This document shows, piece after piece, positions 25,561 through 38,539 of a stretch of DNA of 64,000 nt (position 1 is the first letter of the stretch; every line of letters starts with the position of its first letter). Source of the DNA: Octopus vulgaris (Eukaryota); assembly GCA_951406725.2 (NCBI GenBank), contig OX597814.1, forward strand, positions 46,128,001 to 46,192,000, in the 5' to 3' direction. The translations under genes were made by a program, and so were the position numbers. The notes beneath the pieces were generated by a model that was not told where the DNA came from, made no database searches, and was given only the letters and a program-made list of their open reading frames with translations.

Positions 25561-26399
25561 TCTTTGTGTTACTATTATAGAACATTACTAGTTTTTTTGG
25601 ATTCTATTGTTTAACATCTACAAATAAAATAAACTGAGCTATAGGTTTTTATTCTATGAAGAATGAAATAGAGACTTTCAAACAATAGTAAATGTTCAAC
25701 AAATGTGTGTACTAAGCCATTACTTTAAGAATATCTTATAAGTATTTTATCCTTTACTATAATGTTTTCATGTTCTTCCTATTTTGAATAAGATCATTTT
25801 CATTTAAATCACATATTTTTTGCATGCCATACTACTATATTTTACTGAAAGGGTAGAAATTGTTTTCCTTATTATGCTATCTTTAGAAATAGATTATTCA
25901 AATAATAATTTTTACCGTGTATCATTTTGAATTTTACTTGTGTTTTACTTATGAAATCAAAATAAACAATTGAAAATGTTTCCTTTTTTTAATTTCATTT
26001 TTTTATTTATTAATTTTGCTTTTACTTTTTATTAGTATTAAATACAATTCAATATTTAAAAAAAAAAGTTATGAAAACATTTTAAGTCCATTGCTCCTAT
26101 TTTTGTATGGTAAATCAAAAAATTTATACTTGAAAATAACAAAAAATAATCAAGTTTTTAATTGGTTACATGCAAATTGCATATCTGTGTATAAAAAATG
26201 TATTGACATCTAAGCAAAATGACTGGCCTTTGGACTTAGTATTTTCATTTGATGTTGCTTAAATTATATTTTGTTAATTTTAGATAGATTTCATATCTGG
26301 TAAAAAATTATAAACTTTGTTTTTAATATTTACCAACCATTTTTTTTTTTGACATGCCTGAGAAACTGGAGCAATTAAATTGATACATGACAATTGATA

Positions 26400-26816
26400 T
26401 ATGGGCTCATAATGAGTGGCTTTGGTTGACACATGGTTTGCAAGATGGTAGTTTATAGTTCTGCTCTCATTTTTGCTGCTGTAGTTTGATGGTATTTAGA
26501 CACAGTATGTTTCTCTAGTCTGCAGTTCCTCTCAGCAAGCTTTCCTTTCTGTCCAGAATTATGCTTGCCAGGGTTGCTTTTACCTTCGTTTTGAAATGCC
26601 AACATGATTTTAGAGACTGTACTGCTCAAAACATTAAACAATTTGGCTGATTTAGATCCAGCCATTTGTACTCCAACATTTGTACTCTTTGGAAATCAGA
26701 TATGTCAAGCATATACACACATATACACAGACTAGAACAGTTCTGAATTTGTCATATTGCCAATAAGAAAATATTTAAGTAAAAAGTGGCGTTTTCATTA
26801 TTTTGACCAACCTCTG
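26400..26816 (-). mobile_element. Tc1-like transposon 5' fragment
   Basis: TA|CAGAGGTTGGTCAAAATAATGAAAAC end at 26816. ORF 26453-26665 is HTH-like (AKLFNVLSSTVSKIM...HNSGQKGKL...TTAAKMRAEL). Confidence 0.7.
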
Positions 26817-27058
26817 TATTCTTCATTTTAATTGTTTATCTCTCCAGTCATCAGTTACTCTGCTTTTGTATATAATTCTTAGTCTGGTTCATACAATACA
26901 TGCTCCATGTAGCTAAAAAGTCAAAATCACCACGGATGCAAGCAATGTTGATAACTGAAGTTTCTCCAACAAATTTGCTTTCCATCTGCTATCCACTCAC
27001 TTCATGGGATATTGTTTCTAAATTAGTTCTGTTATAAATTAGTACTATTTACAATTGG

Positions 27059-27570
27059 TCATCATCATCATCATCATCATCATCGTTTAGCGTCCGTTTT
27101 CCATGCTAGCATGGGTTGGACGGTTCTACTGGGGTCTGTGAAGCCAGAAGGCTTCATCAGGCCCAGTCAAATCTGGCAGTGTTTCTACGGCTGGATGCCC
27201 TTCTTAACGCCAACCACTCCGTGAGTGTAGTGGGTGCTTTTTACGTGCCACCCGCACTGGTGCCAGACAGAGCTGGCAAACGGCCACGAATGGATGGTGC
27301 TTTTTATGTGCCACCGGCACGAGGGCCAGGCGAAGCTGGCAACGGACACGAAACGGGGCGGTGCTGGCAACGGTCATGAAACGGAAAGTTCTCTTACATG
27401 CCACCGGCACTGGTAACACATCTGCAATTTCCATTGATCGATTTCGATTCTGATTCTCACTTGCCTCAACGGGTCTTCAGAAGTAGAGTTTTGACATGCC
27501 ACCGGCACTGGTAACACATCCGCAATTTCCATTGATCGATTTCGATTCTGATCCTCACTTGCCTCAACAC
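27059..27570 (-). mobile_element. Young, CpG-rich SINE of the (ATG)n-tail family with a ~75-bp tandem duplication
   Basis: (CAT)8 then cgtttagcgtccgttttccatgctagcatgggttggacgg. The block acatgccaccggcactggtaacacat...ttgcctcaac occurs at about 27396-27469 and 27494-27568. Confidence 0.8.
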
Positions 27571-28512
27571 GTCAATAAAAGTATTTTTGTTAACTCCCCT
27601 ACCTGTAGTGTCTAATTTGTAATGAATACTTGAATTATATTTCTTTCAAGTCACCTCATTTCTATTTGTACATTCAATTTATGTGAGAGTCAGAGAATAA
27701 GTTACTGAGAAAAAGTACTTGTGGATCTGCATGAAAAAGCAGTAGACAAATTGGCGCTATCATATTTAATGAATTAAGCATTAAAATGTCAATTAGAAAT
27801 AATTATGCCGTGAGAAGATAATATTAGTCAATGACATATTATTTTAATTATTCTGGCAAATTTGGAAAATAACTTGGAATATGTTTCAGTCTCCTCACAC
27901 TGCATTAAATATATAGTAAATATGTAGTAAACTAACTTTTCTGGGAAGGTCTTATAAACATTGAAAAATATGGTGTTGTCTCTGTTACTGACTGAATTTT
28001 TTTTTTTTGTAAAAGCAATACTTGTTGTTGAACTCCATATATATAGCTTCTCATACTGCTTTCAAGAATTCGAATTATATTTAGTATCTATAACCATTTA
28101 GTCAGAAAACAATCTGCATTACTATTCTATTTTTCATGAATAGTACCAGAATATTGTCCTTTCTATATATTGGGAGTACCTTTGAATAACGTCTTCTCAA
28201 AAATTTTTTTGTATTCAATACAATAGATCTTCATATTAGTATTGATAAATTCTATCACAGTCATTCAATGTTGGAATCCTTTTAGACTCTACAAAGCAAA
28301 TTTTCTTCTCTTCAAAAATCGCACCAAATAGTCATCACATTACTCTAGTCATATTGCATTTATAACAAAAAGTGAAATTTAAATGATAGAACAGAAAATT
28401 TAATAGAAGTATTTATATTTACTTTTTATAAAAATCCACCTGCAAAACTAATTGAATATTTCCTATGGAATCCAGAAGAAAACCTGATTCTACTTAACTT
28501 CATAATATTATA

Positions 28513-29393
28513 CAGGTTGTCCCAAAAGTCACTGATGGGTTTCAGTTTTTAATAACTTCCTTAACTTTACAAATAAATGCATGAAATTTTGATTGTATAT
28601 AAAGGTCATAATGGAAATTAATATGCACAAGTCAAATTTTGCAACACCACTACATCATATGCGAAAAATAACATCGCTTAAATGACAGCCATTTTCGGCT
28701 TTGCACTCTGGTGCTCTTTCCAAAACTTGCACCATAACGCCTTCAACAGTTTCAGACCCCACTTTTCTGATTTCTCTATCGATGTTCTCCTTCAGTTGCA
28801 CCAGGGTCTCCAGTTTGTTGACATAAACCCTCTCTTTCAGGTATCTCCACAAGAAAAAAATCAGGCTAGTCAAGTTTGGGGAACATGAAGGCCAATCAAA
28901 GTAGACCTCAAACATGGTTCCAGCAAGATGGGAATCTGCTCATTCTGCAAGAGAAACAGTACAGTTGCTACAGTAGTACTTTGGAGAGAGAATAATCTCC
29001 TGCTACAGCAATGTCAACTGGCCTTCACATTCCCCAGACGTGACTAGCCCGAATTTTTTCTTATGGGGATACCTGAAAGAGGAGGTTTATGTAAAAAAAC
29101 TGGAGACTCTGGGGCAACTGAAGGAGAACATCAATACAGAAATCAGAGAATGGGATCTGTTGAGGGTGTCATGGTGCAAGTTTTGGAAAGAGCACAGGTG
29201 TGCAAAGCCAAAAATGGCTGCCATTTAAGCGATGTCATTTTTTGTATATGATGTAGTTGTGTTGCAAAATTTGACTTGTGCATATTAATTTCCATTATGT
29301 CCTTTATATTGTATCAAAATTTCATGCATTTATTTGTAAAGTTAAGGAAGTTATTAAAAATTGAAACCCATCAATGACTTTTGGGACACCATG
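28513..29393. mobile_element. Foldback Tc1/mariner derivative (DD41D/rosa-like) made of two inverted right ends
   Basis: TA|CAGGTTGTCCCAAAAGTCA...TGACTTTTGGGACACCATG|TA. The ~380-bp arms both encode WP..SP.LT...FFLW.YLKE.VY. The spacer encodes WFQQDG..AHSARETVQLL. Confidence 0.85.
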
Positions 29394-30299
29394 TATATGA
29401 ATTTTGTGCCCACTCTGTCATGATGGAAATTGTTTTGGTAGGCAATATTGATCTCAGTTGTAGAAAATGTTGACACTTTCCATGAAGCAATTAGATTCCT
29501 TTTTATTCTTATATCATGTAACTTACTTAGTATACATTACATATTATCACCAAATTGTGCAGCAATTTCTTGAAGTATTTGTTGAAAATTCTATTAGATA
29601 TTAAATTATATACTGAATTGGAAATTTAAGACATTTTTTTTACATGATGTTTTTTCTTGTCCTTTGGGTTATAATTTTCTCTTCTGGTTTCATGTAAATG
29701 TTTTTACTATATTTTAACTCCTGCATGTGTATCATGTTTTTAATTTCACTTTTTTGACCAAATTTTTAGTTTGCATAGTTTTTATAATCTTCAGAACATA
29801 TGTATCTCATGATTATCCTGTGATAAACAACATTCAAACTAATAACCCACTTTTTATGTTGTAATATGGGTTATCATCTGTAAAGGCTTCTTTTTATGTT
29901 GTAATATGAGAACTCTTATGAAGACCTGGACACTAGCACTCATAAGTGAGGATTTGACTGGTTGCAATGAATGCTTAGCTTATTTTGAGTGATGGGGGAG
30001 AGCATTGAGTTCTGCTGGAGCAATTGAAGGGCATTTTACTTGATACCAATCACTTTTTATCAATTGTTGAACTAGCCATGAAACCATCAAGAATAATTCA
30101 CCATTTCAATAAAATTAATAATGACAAGCCAAAGTAATTTGGTATGTAATAGTGATATCAGCTAGTTACATTGGCTGTGTCAACATTATGAAAAGCAGCA
30201 GGTTTATTGTATACAGAGTGGCACATTTTTTTCCTCTTATAGTTGTGAACTAAAGTTGTTGCTCACACGACTGTAATAAGAGAAACAGAAGACAAAAAA

Positions 30300-32003
30300 T
30301 TTGTGCTTTTGTATCCTCTTTTTATACCATCAATACTAGATGAATATCAATGAATTTTTTTTTATTGTGTTTTCCTGTAACACCTAAAAATGTTTGTTCT
30401 CCTTCAGTTATCTTGCATTGAGATTTATTCGTTCAGCAACAGATCCTTGTCTCCCATTGTGTCTTATTTCTAACTGTGATTCATAAAACAAGAAAGTAAA
30501 GTGATAAAGCCTATTCCTTTAAGTGCTAAAATCTAAAAATTGGATCAGTGAAATGGCAGATGTAAAATATCAGTTACTGAAAACTTCATGAATGGAGATT
30601 TTCTATACAAATGAGTGAATCTAGTGTTAACAATAATATTGCATATGTGGGTTAGTTGGATAAAGATGCATCTTTAGAGGAGCTGCTTTTTATCAAAAAA
30701 GCTGGAGGCAGAAACAATGAGTGGGTCTGTCTTTTAATTATCTCAATAAATATCTCTACTATAAACAATATTCCTACTGATGACATTATTTTTTGTCAGT
30801 CAATGGAGCTTCCTATGTAGCTACTCAGTATCAGGCTTTATATAATATTTAAACGAAAATGTTCCATAATTCATCTGCAACATCTTGTTGCAAAATATCT
30901 CTGCCAAGACCTATAACAATTGCTCCAGATTTGCAATTAAGATGATCACCAAAATCAAGAGTTTAGTAAAATCTGACAAAATGTTGTGCAAGAGAATGAA
31001 GAATTTGATGCATTACTTCTAACAGAAGTGCAATGACTTTCCAAAGGAAATTACCTCAGCTGACATATACACTAAAATTTCTCTAGAGTGAGAACTTAGT
31101 AATGATATATGATTTGAAAAGTTCAAAAGTAACATTTTCTACATGACATTTTTTTCTCCAGATTTGTAATGACATTAACCTGCAGCTTCTAGGGGTAAAA
31201 TGTGACCCTTATTGATACTAAACATATCATTTCTATTTTTTTTTAATGATAAAATGCAACTTTGTCGTTGCCATGCCCTATACAAAAATTTGCATTATTT
31301 CTCATAACTAGCTGGTGATGCAGAGGAATTATTAGATTGTTATTAAGTCCATTTTGGCAAACATTTGAAATTTGTATCAGATGATTTAGAATCCCAGTTT
31401 TATGACATCATTAACATAGATGTATTTGACAGGATCTTTGATGTAAAATTAGTGGAAACTTTCCCATATTACATGATACTGAAGTTAAAAAGGAATGCAA
31501 ACAATACTATTAAGTCATGTAAATAAGCAGAAGCATTACTATCAGGCATGTAAATTTATGGTTCGAAATTGAATTACTGTTTCTCTTCTTTTCCACCTTG
31601 TCTTGTTGAAACAGTATACTCCAGCATGAATCATATATTGATTAAGCATTTCAGGTAAATAAAGTGTTTCAGACTTGCCTCCCCCATTAACAAAATTTTC
31701 TCCAAATGTTTTTGCTCTTACTAAAAAACACGAAGTTCAGGTAAAGCATTGAGTAACTCTTTTATAATGTAACGTCAGATATGTGTAGTTAGATTTCTGT
31801 AGTGTATTATAATGTGGTTCACAAATGATTGGGTATCCAAGTAAGGAGTTCTGTTTCTGATATATTTTCATTGAGAGTTATTTATCTGAAATTTAATTAT
31901 CATTTAACCTGGTAATTTTAAAAATCATTATAAGTTTGGTGGGCATTTTCACTTTATAATGTTCAAAAATGGGCAGTATGAGGAAAAATGTTACCAAGCA
32001 CTG
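30300..32003 (+). mobile_element. Heavily decayed hAT (Buster/Charlie-like) transposase relic
   Basis: Remnants TEVQ*LSKGN at about 31022 (cf. TEVRWLSKG), INLQLLG at about 31174, and a FP..CLVETVYS-like stretch at about 31590. Boundaries uncertain. Confidence 0.45.
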
Positions 32004-33104
32004 ATCTAAACTAACTATAATATAAAATGAAAAGGCTAAATGTTTGTATCATATATAAGATAGTAGGGTCACTCATCTGATCTTTCATACAAAAAGTATT
32101 TATCAATAGTGGGAAGCACCACTGATTTTAAGTGATGGGAAAATCAGCTTTCCCAAGAGTATCAACATAATAAATGAAATAGTTACTAATAGAATGAATC
32201 AAACCAGTTGCACAGACTTGTAGCTTCCTGAGAGCTGTGGCATATTATAATCTCTAACATATCTAACTAGTTTTACCTTTCAACTCCAGATTAGCATTTC
32301 ATATTGAACCGACATCCGAGTTGTGTTTTTATTTTTTTCAAACATATGTTTATGACTACCTTATCCAATATGGCTTTCCTTTTTAAAGATTTTAGGGTGG
32401 GTTTTGTGAAAAGTTTAGTCGTTATTTCTAGAATTTCAAGCAGCTATGTAGAGCTTCAGAGAATCCTGAACCATTTTCATTCTATGATCTGCTATCAGAG
32501 TAGATGATTCTTTATAGCTGTCATTTAACTATTTTGCCAGTACTAAATCAGATTCCCAAAGTAAGACTCTAAGTATCAAATCTAAGTAATTGAAATTAAA
32601 TGTCTATGAAACAAAGATTGAAAATGTTGATAAATTGTAATTTCAGATTTTATGCTCATCTATATTGTTAGTGAAAATTTTCTCTCTACCTAACCTCTAC
32701 TGATATCCATTCTTCATTCTTACCTGCTTCCCCTACTCCTATTCATTATTCCCTAAGTTCATCCTGACACCATTTCTCATACAATCATTCACTCCCCCAG
32801 AGTCTTGCAACTTTTACCCACTCTTCCCAATAGTTTGTCCCCACTCTTTTATTCACCTTCTTGTACCTTGAGGGTACACTCTAACAGTTTATCACCATCT
32901 TTATCTCTCTTTCCAGTTCCACCCCAATCACTCTACCCACCCTTATATAGTATAGTATAGGGCAGCCATGTATCTCCTCTACTACAACAAACCTGTTCAT
33001 CTCGCTTTATCAAACTTTAATATCTTAACACTTAGCTTAAAGCCGTTCCTTTTCTATCATACACTATTCAATTGATGGGTTGTTTAGTCTTGTGAATTAC
33101 ATAG

Positions 33105-33313
33105 TGACCCCACTAGTACTAGTGCCAAAAACATAAAGGAAAACAAATGCTGCCAGTACACTCTGTTCAGTGTTAGGCACCAGGAAGGGCATCCAACTTC
33201 AGAGACTATTCTAAAACTAAGATACTGGAGCAGGATGTTCTCCAATCTGCTGCATCCTGTTGAACTATCCACCCCATGCCAGTATGGAAAGTAGACATGA
33301 ATGGATATTGATG
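33105..33313 (+). mobile_element. Decayed SINE of the (ATG)n-tail family
   Basis: caggaagggcatcc...cccatgccagtatggaaa...gatga. Confidence 0.55.
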
Positions 33314-34565
33314 AATATGATATACTTTAAATATTATTTGAGTGCACTGGTGTTGCTTAAAATTATCATTGAAAATGTATTTTAAATCTTTGGTTAATGT
33401 ATATCTCCTGAAATTCTTATTCACTTATTCACAAAGGTATTGCAATTGCATAAAATGATATGGAGAAAAATCATTATGATCATATTACAATCTAGTAATG
33501 CTTCTAAACATAATTAGAAGAACAAAAACTGTTCAGTATTTCAGATTGATAGATAAGATCATCTAATTAAAAACAGAGTTCATCAGATAATGAAATAACA
33601 GCTGATTGGTAACATGGTAACCTATGAAGCAATACATACACTGAGTCCTGTCAGTGAGCCTGTTGCTTTTTTTGTCTCAGACTTGGGCTTATAATAGTCT
33701 ATACCAGAATTTATCAGTTTCATAAATTCTAATAACATTACTATACTGTGTATTAAATATTTGTCAATCATTAGTGGCATATTTTCCCCCAAAATCCTTT
33801 TTAGAATTAGTAAGTTGATAATGATCATATCTTAAATTTCTTTATTTTTATACATAGTGTCTGAAAAACTCACCTGTGAAAATATGTAGCATTTTGCATC
33901 TTTTTAAGTCAATATAAATTGCAGTGTGCATCACATTCACTATTTAGTAAGTTAAATAACTGAATTTTCTGCATGTTTCTCTTTCCTAATGTAATAGTAT
34001 GTTACTGTTTTTTTTAGAGACGTGCAGTAGCAACTGACAGTCTTATCTCAATTTTAAAAAAAATTATTTTGCTGGCATAGGTTGGATGGTTTGACAGAAG
34101 CTGGCTAGTCAGAAAACTGCACCAAGCATGATTTCTACAACTGGATGCCCCTCCTAACATTAACCACTTTGCAGAGTGTACTGGGTAGGACCAACAGCAG
34201 TGAGGTCATCAAATAACTTACAAGACATCAGCTGATGGGGGAGTAGTATTGAAGGAAGTGGCTTAGTGCCAGGTGGTGAGAGGTTAGAACAGAAGGACAG
34301 AAATAGGTATTTTGCAGTAAAGGTACAAAGCTACATCAGTAGGAGACAGTGATGGAGTAGAGAGAGAGAGAGAGACTGGAGACAAGATGGTGAAAATGGG
34401 ATGAGTGGGTACACTCAAGTTACAGGGAAGTGTATATTAGTTTAGTCAAATCAAGGATTAGACTGGATGAGTGAATAGGTGACTTCACAAGATTGTTAAA
34501 GGAGAGTGGGGGATGGAGAGGAGGGATATAGTGGGTGGACACAAACAGAAAGAGGGAGTTTTTGG

Positions 34566-37500
34566 AATTCAATTCAATTCAATTTTTATTGGCTCAAAAA
34601 GCAAAAGCAAGGCCATGTAGGAGGACAGGGAGGGTGGTCATACAAAGAGTTCAGGCCATTTCTGGTCAAGAGAGAACCGAGCGGTCGTCAGCATCTTCAC
34701 TATCTCATCTGGCAGCTTATTCCACGGATCCGCAACCCGGACGGAGAAAGCCCCTCTCCTTCGATTGAGATGAAATCATCATAAATAGAGCTTTTCGGAG
34801 CGACCCCCGCAGCCCACACTCTGGAGCAGGAGTGAAGAACAGCTCTTTTGAGAGGTTACACTTTCCGCTTACAATGTTGTGAGCGAGAATGAGATCACCA
34901 CGGCGTCGGCGTTTTTCGAAAGAATAAAGGTCGAGCGTCTTCAGACATTCTTGATAAGACAAATGCTTGAGACCAAGAACCATGTGGGTAGCCAGCTTCT
35001 GGACTCTTTCAAGATGATGTATGTCTTTGAGGAGATAAGGAGAAGAGGCTTGAATCTCGTACTCCAATATAGGTCTCACCAGCGTGAGTGGTAGGAATAT
35101 GGCTGCTGTGAACATTCCGAATGACCATTGTATCAAAAACAGAACTCCGTGTGCTTTGTTGGCAGCATGGACGCATTGGGCCAAAGGCGAAAAGGAAGAA
35201 TCCACCAAGATACCCAGGTCCTTTACTTGGTCGGTCTTCTCCAGCAGCAGACGACCCGGCTCGAAATCAAGTTGAGTTGCAGGAGAGGAGCCACCAGGCA
35301 GATTACAGCACTTTGACACGTTCAGACACAGGTCCCGTTTGATCATCTCCAAACTTGGTGGAGGCATCGATGAAGATCATCTATATCACTGCGAGGAGCG
35401 ACCAGTTTGACATCATCGGCAAATAGAAGGGTGTGTTGCATGAGGTCATTGATGAAGACTAAAAACAATAACGGCCCAAGCACTGAACCTTGAGGCACGC
35501 CACTGCTCGCACTGGAGACGTCGAACAGCGAGCCATTAACTTGGACTTGGAAGGAGCGATCTGAGAGGATGGCACCAACCCATCGTACAATATCCGGATG
35601 GAAACGATATGCTTGAAGCTTGACAGGTAATAGGCAGTGGTTAACCGAGTCAAAAGCTTTGGGAAAGTCCAATAAAACGATGTCAACAGCATCACCATCA
35701 TCCAGGATACACGTCACCAATTCTTCCATTACTAGTAAGTTGGTCAAGCATGATCTCTTCGGCACGAAGCCGTGTTGGGAATCAGAGAAAGAGGCTGTGT
35801 TTTGGAGGTGGAGCAACATACTTTTCTTGAGGATGGTTTTGAACATCTTGCTGAAGTAAGGGAAACTGGTCGGTAGTTAAGCGGGACTTCACGGCTCCCT
35901 TTCTTGAAAATCAGGCAGATTATCGCTGTTCTCCAGTCCGCAGATACAACACCCGTCGCCAATGACATATTGAATAGAAGTGTTAGAGGTTCGCAGATGA
36001 CCGGAGCCAACAGTTTGATAACCTGTGGGTGTATGCCGTCAGGGCCATGACCCTTGTTGACATCGAGGCCTTGAATAACGCATTCGACTTCACCACGAGT
36101 GATGACCAATCTAGGCATTGGAGGTACCGATCGACTAAATGGAGGGGGTTCATGACCATCATCTTGTTGAAAATTGTCAAAAAAGCCTCGGCAAATAACT
36201 GACTCTGCTGATAAGGGTCCTCAAACGATACGCCTGTTGAGTCTACCAACATTGCAATTTGGTTGTTCAAGCGGGAATTCCATTGGATATGGGCAAAGAA
36301 GGTTTTTGGATTGCGACTGGCGTTTGCCGCGATTCTGCATTCATATCTGAAGCGTTCTTCCTTTTCAATTTTCACTGCTCGGTCTTGTTGAGTTTTGTAC
36401 ACCTCAAAAGCTGCAGTCGAATCTTGATTTTTGAATGCAGCCCAAGCAATATCTCTGAGTCAAAGTTCTCATTTAACCTTCTTCGTCACCCAGGGCTTGT
36501 GTTTCTTCTTCTTGGGAAGCCCAATGGGAACTGCTTTGTCAGTCAACCAGATTACATATGCTTTGAGGGACAACCATAGTTCAACAACTGAGGACATCGT
36601 CATCAGGGATCGCCAGTCCAGAAGCGCAGAAGCCTCGGTTAGAATTTCAAGATTGATTGCAGAGAAGACTCTACGTGGCAGCGAAGTAGTCGTGAGCATA
36701 GAAAAAGTTGTGTGCATGTCGAACTTCAAGACTGCATGATCACTCTTGGCAAGAGGAGTGCACACAGATAAGCCTGACACTGATCTTGGATAGTGGGAGA
36801 CTACCAGATCCAGCATAGATGACTGATGCCTTGTCAGAGATTCAACATGTTGCGATAGAAAACAATCTTCAGCCACGTCAAGAAGGGCCGGGTTTAAACC
36901 GGGAAGATGATGTACAAATGGATGTGGGCCAGTCGATCGTGGGAGCATTGAAGTCTCCTAATATCAAACATTAATGAGAAGATGAAACGAATCTTATTGC
37001 TTCGAGTAAATGAGCATCGTCCTGGGGGTCAGCAAGAGGTGACCTGTAGACAGCTAACACGAGTAGGCAAAACCCGGATAGGCTCAGCTTGCAATAGACG
37101 GCATCAAATTTTGTCGTAAGTTAAGCATTAGTGGGTAGAATACAGCTGGATGGTTTGAGATCAGATTTGGCATACACAGCAACACCTCCACCTCGCCTTT
37201 TTTCTCTGTCACATCTGAAGAGGGCGTAGCCCTGTAGGTGGATTTCCGAGTTCTTTACTGTTGGAGTCAGCCAAGTCTCGGTGATAGCTATCACATCTGG
37301 GGAATCATGCATGGCCAGTGTAAATAATTCGCTGAACTTTGGAAATAAGGAGCATGAGTTGGTATAGATGATGCTGAGCTGTGAAGTTTGAGGGGCGGGA
37401 ATTAGGGAACAAGCAGAATAAGGGGTATCAGAGATAGCATCGTTGTCGGGGGTATCTACTTTACTTCGATTCACCCTCGATTCACTTTCCCTGGCAGCAC

Positions 37501-37915
37501 TACAGCATGTGACCAGAGGTAGGACTTGATTATTTGTCCATCTTGGATGCGTAAACCCTTCTCTCCCATTTGTTTTCTCATCTTCAGCTCGGATATCAGG
37601 TTTCTCCAACGGATTCTTTCTCTCAGTGAGTATTCCTCGTGAAAACCCATATTGGGGTCCTCCCAGGCATGCTTTTGAGCTCTGTTCAGAAAGGTTGAAG
37701 CCTCCTGATTGTAAGAAAAGATTACATTTATTGGACATGGTCTAGTGTCTGAGGTTGAGTTCACTTGGAATCTTCCTAGCCGAGTGACCTTATGGATACT
37801 GACATTTTCGTTGACAGAGAACAATTCTCCAACTAAAACGGAAACAAAATTTATGTCATCTTTTAGGCGGTTTATGCCTGTATCACCGGTGGAAGATATG
37901 TTGTAGAGATGGTTA
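34566..37915 (-). mobile_element. Near-complete CR1-like LINE (ORF1 remnant, APE endonuclease, RT), frameshifted
   Basis: (AATTC)n tail at 34566. ORF1 RLGR...RP, EN IAITETWL...GGGVAVY and SDH, RT GPDGIHP, NYRPVSLTS, QHGF, DFPKAFD, GVPQGSVLGPLLF, FADD, C-terminal RRRRGDLI. Confidence 0.92.
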
Positions 37916-38539
37916 ATGGAACTAAACCAAACTACACAAAATACTAAACTTAGAAATACAGCTAACCTTACCTCTATAAATAATATTCAATCAATACAAG
38001 AAGATAAAACTTCTGTAAAACATGACAAGAAACCTAGATGTTATGGTAGACATAGAACCAAATATAGTAATAACAAAAAAAAAACACTCAAGAAATACTA
38101 TGCAAATTCCAAAATCAGTATATAACTAAAATAAATTACCTATTAGAAGTGGAAATAAGGAAGTTATTTGGTACACTCCCCCATTTTCAATAAATGTTAA
38201 AGGATTAGCAAAAAAATGTCTAAACATAGTCAAAAATAGCTTTCCTAAATCATCATAAGTATCACCATATATTTAATTGATCAACAATGAAAATATCTTT
38301 TCCTACATTGCTGAATATAGGATCCATTATCGCCGGCTCTAATAGATGAAAACTTAATAATTATAAACATAGTTTAAGAAAAAATAACTACAACAATATT
38401 ACTAGTAATGAAATATACAATAGTCCTAGAACACCAAATAATACTCAACATAATACTTGTTCAATAGATAACATTATATGAATACATAGCAATACTATAA
38501 CAGTAACAAAATATCAGCAAAATTCCATACATAATCATA

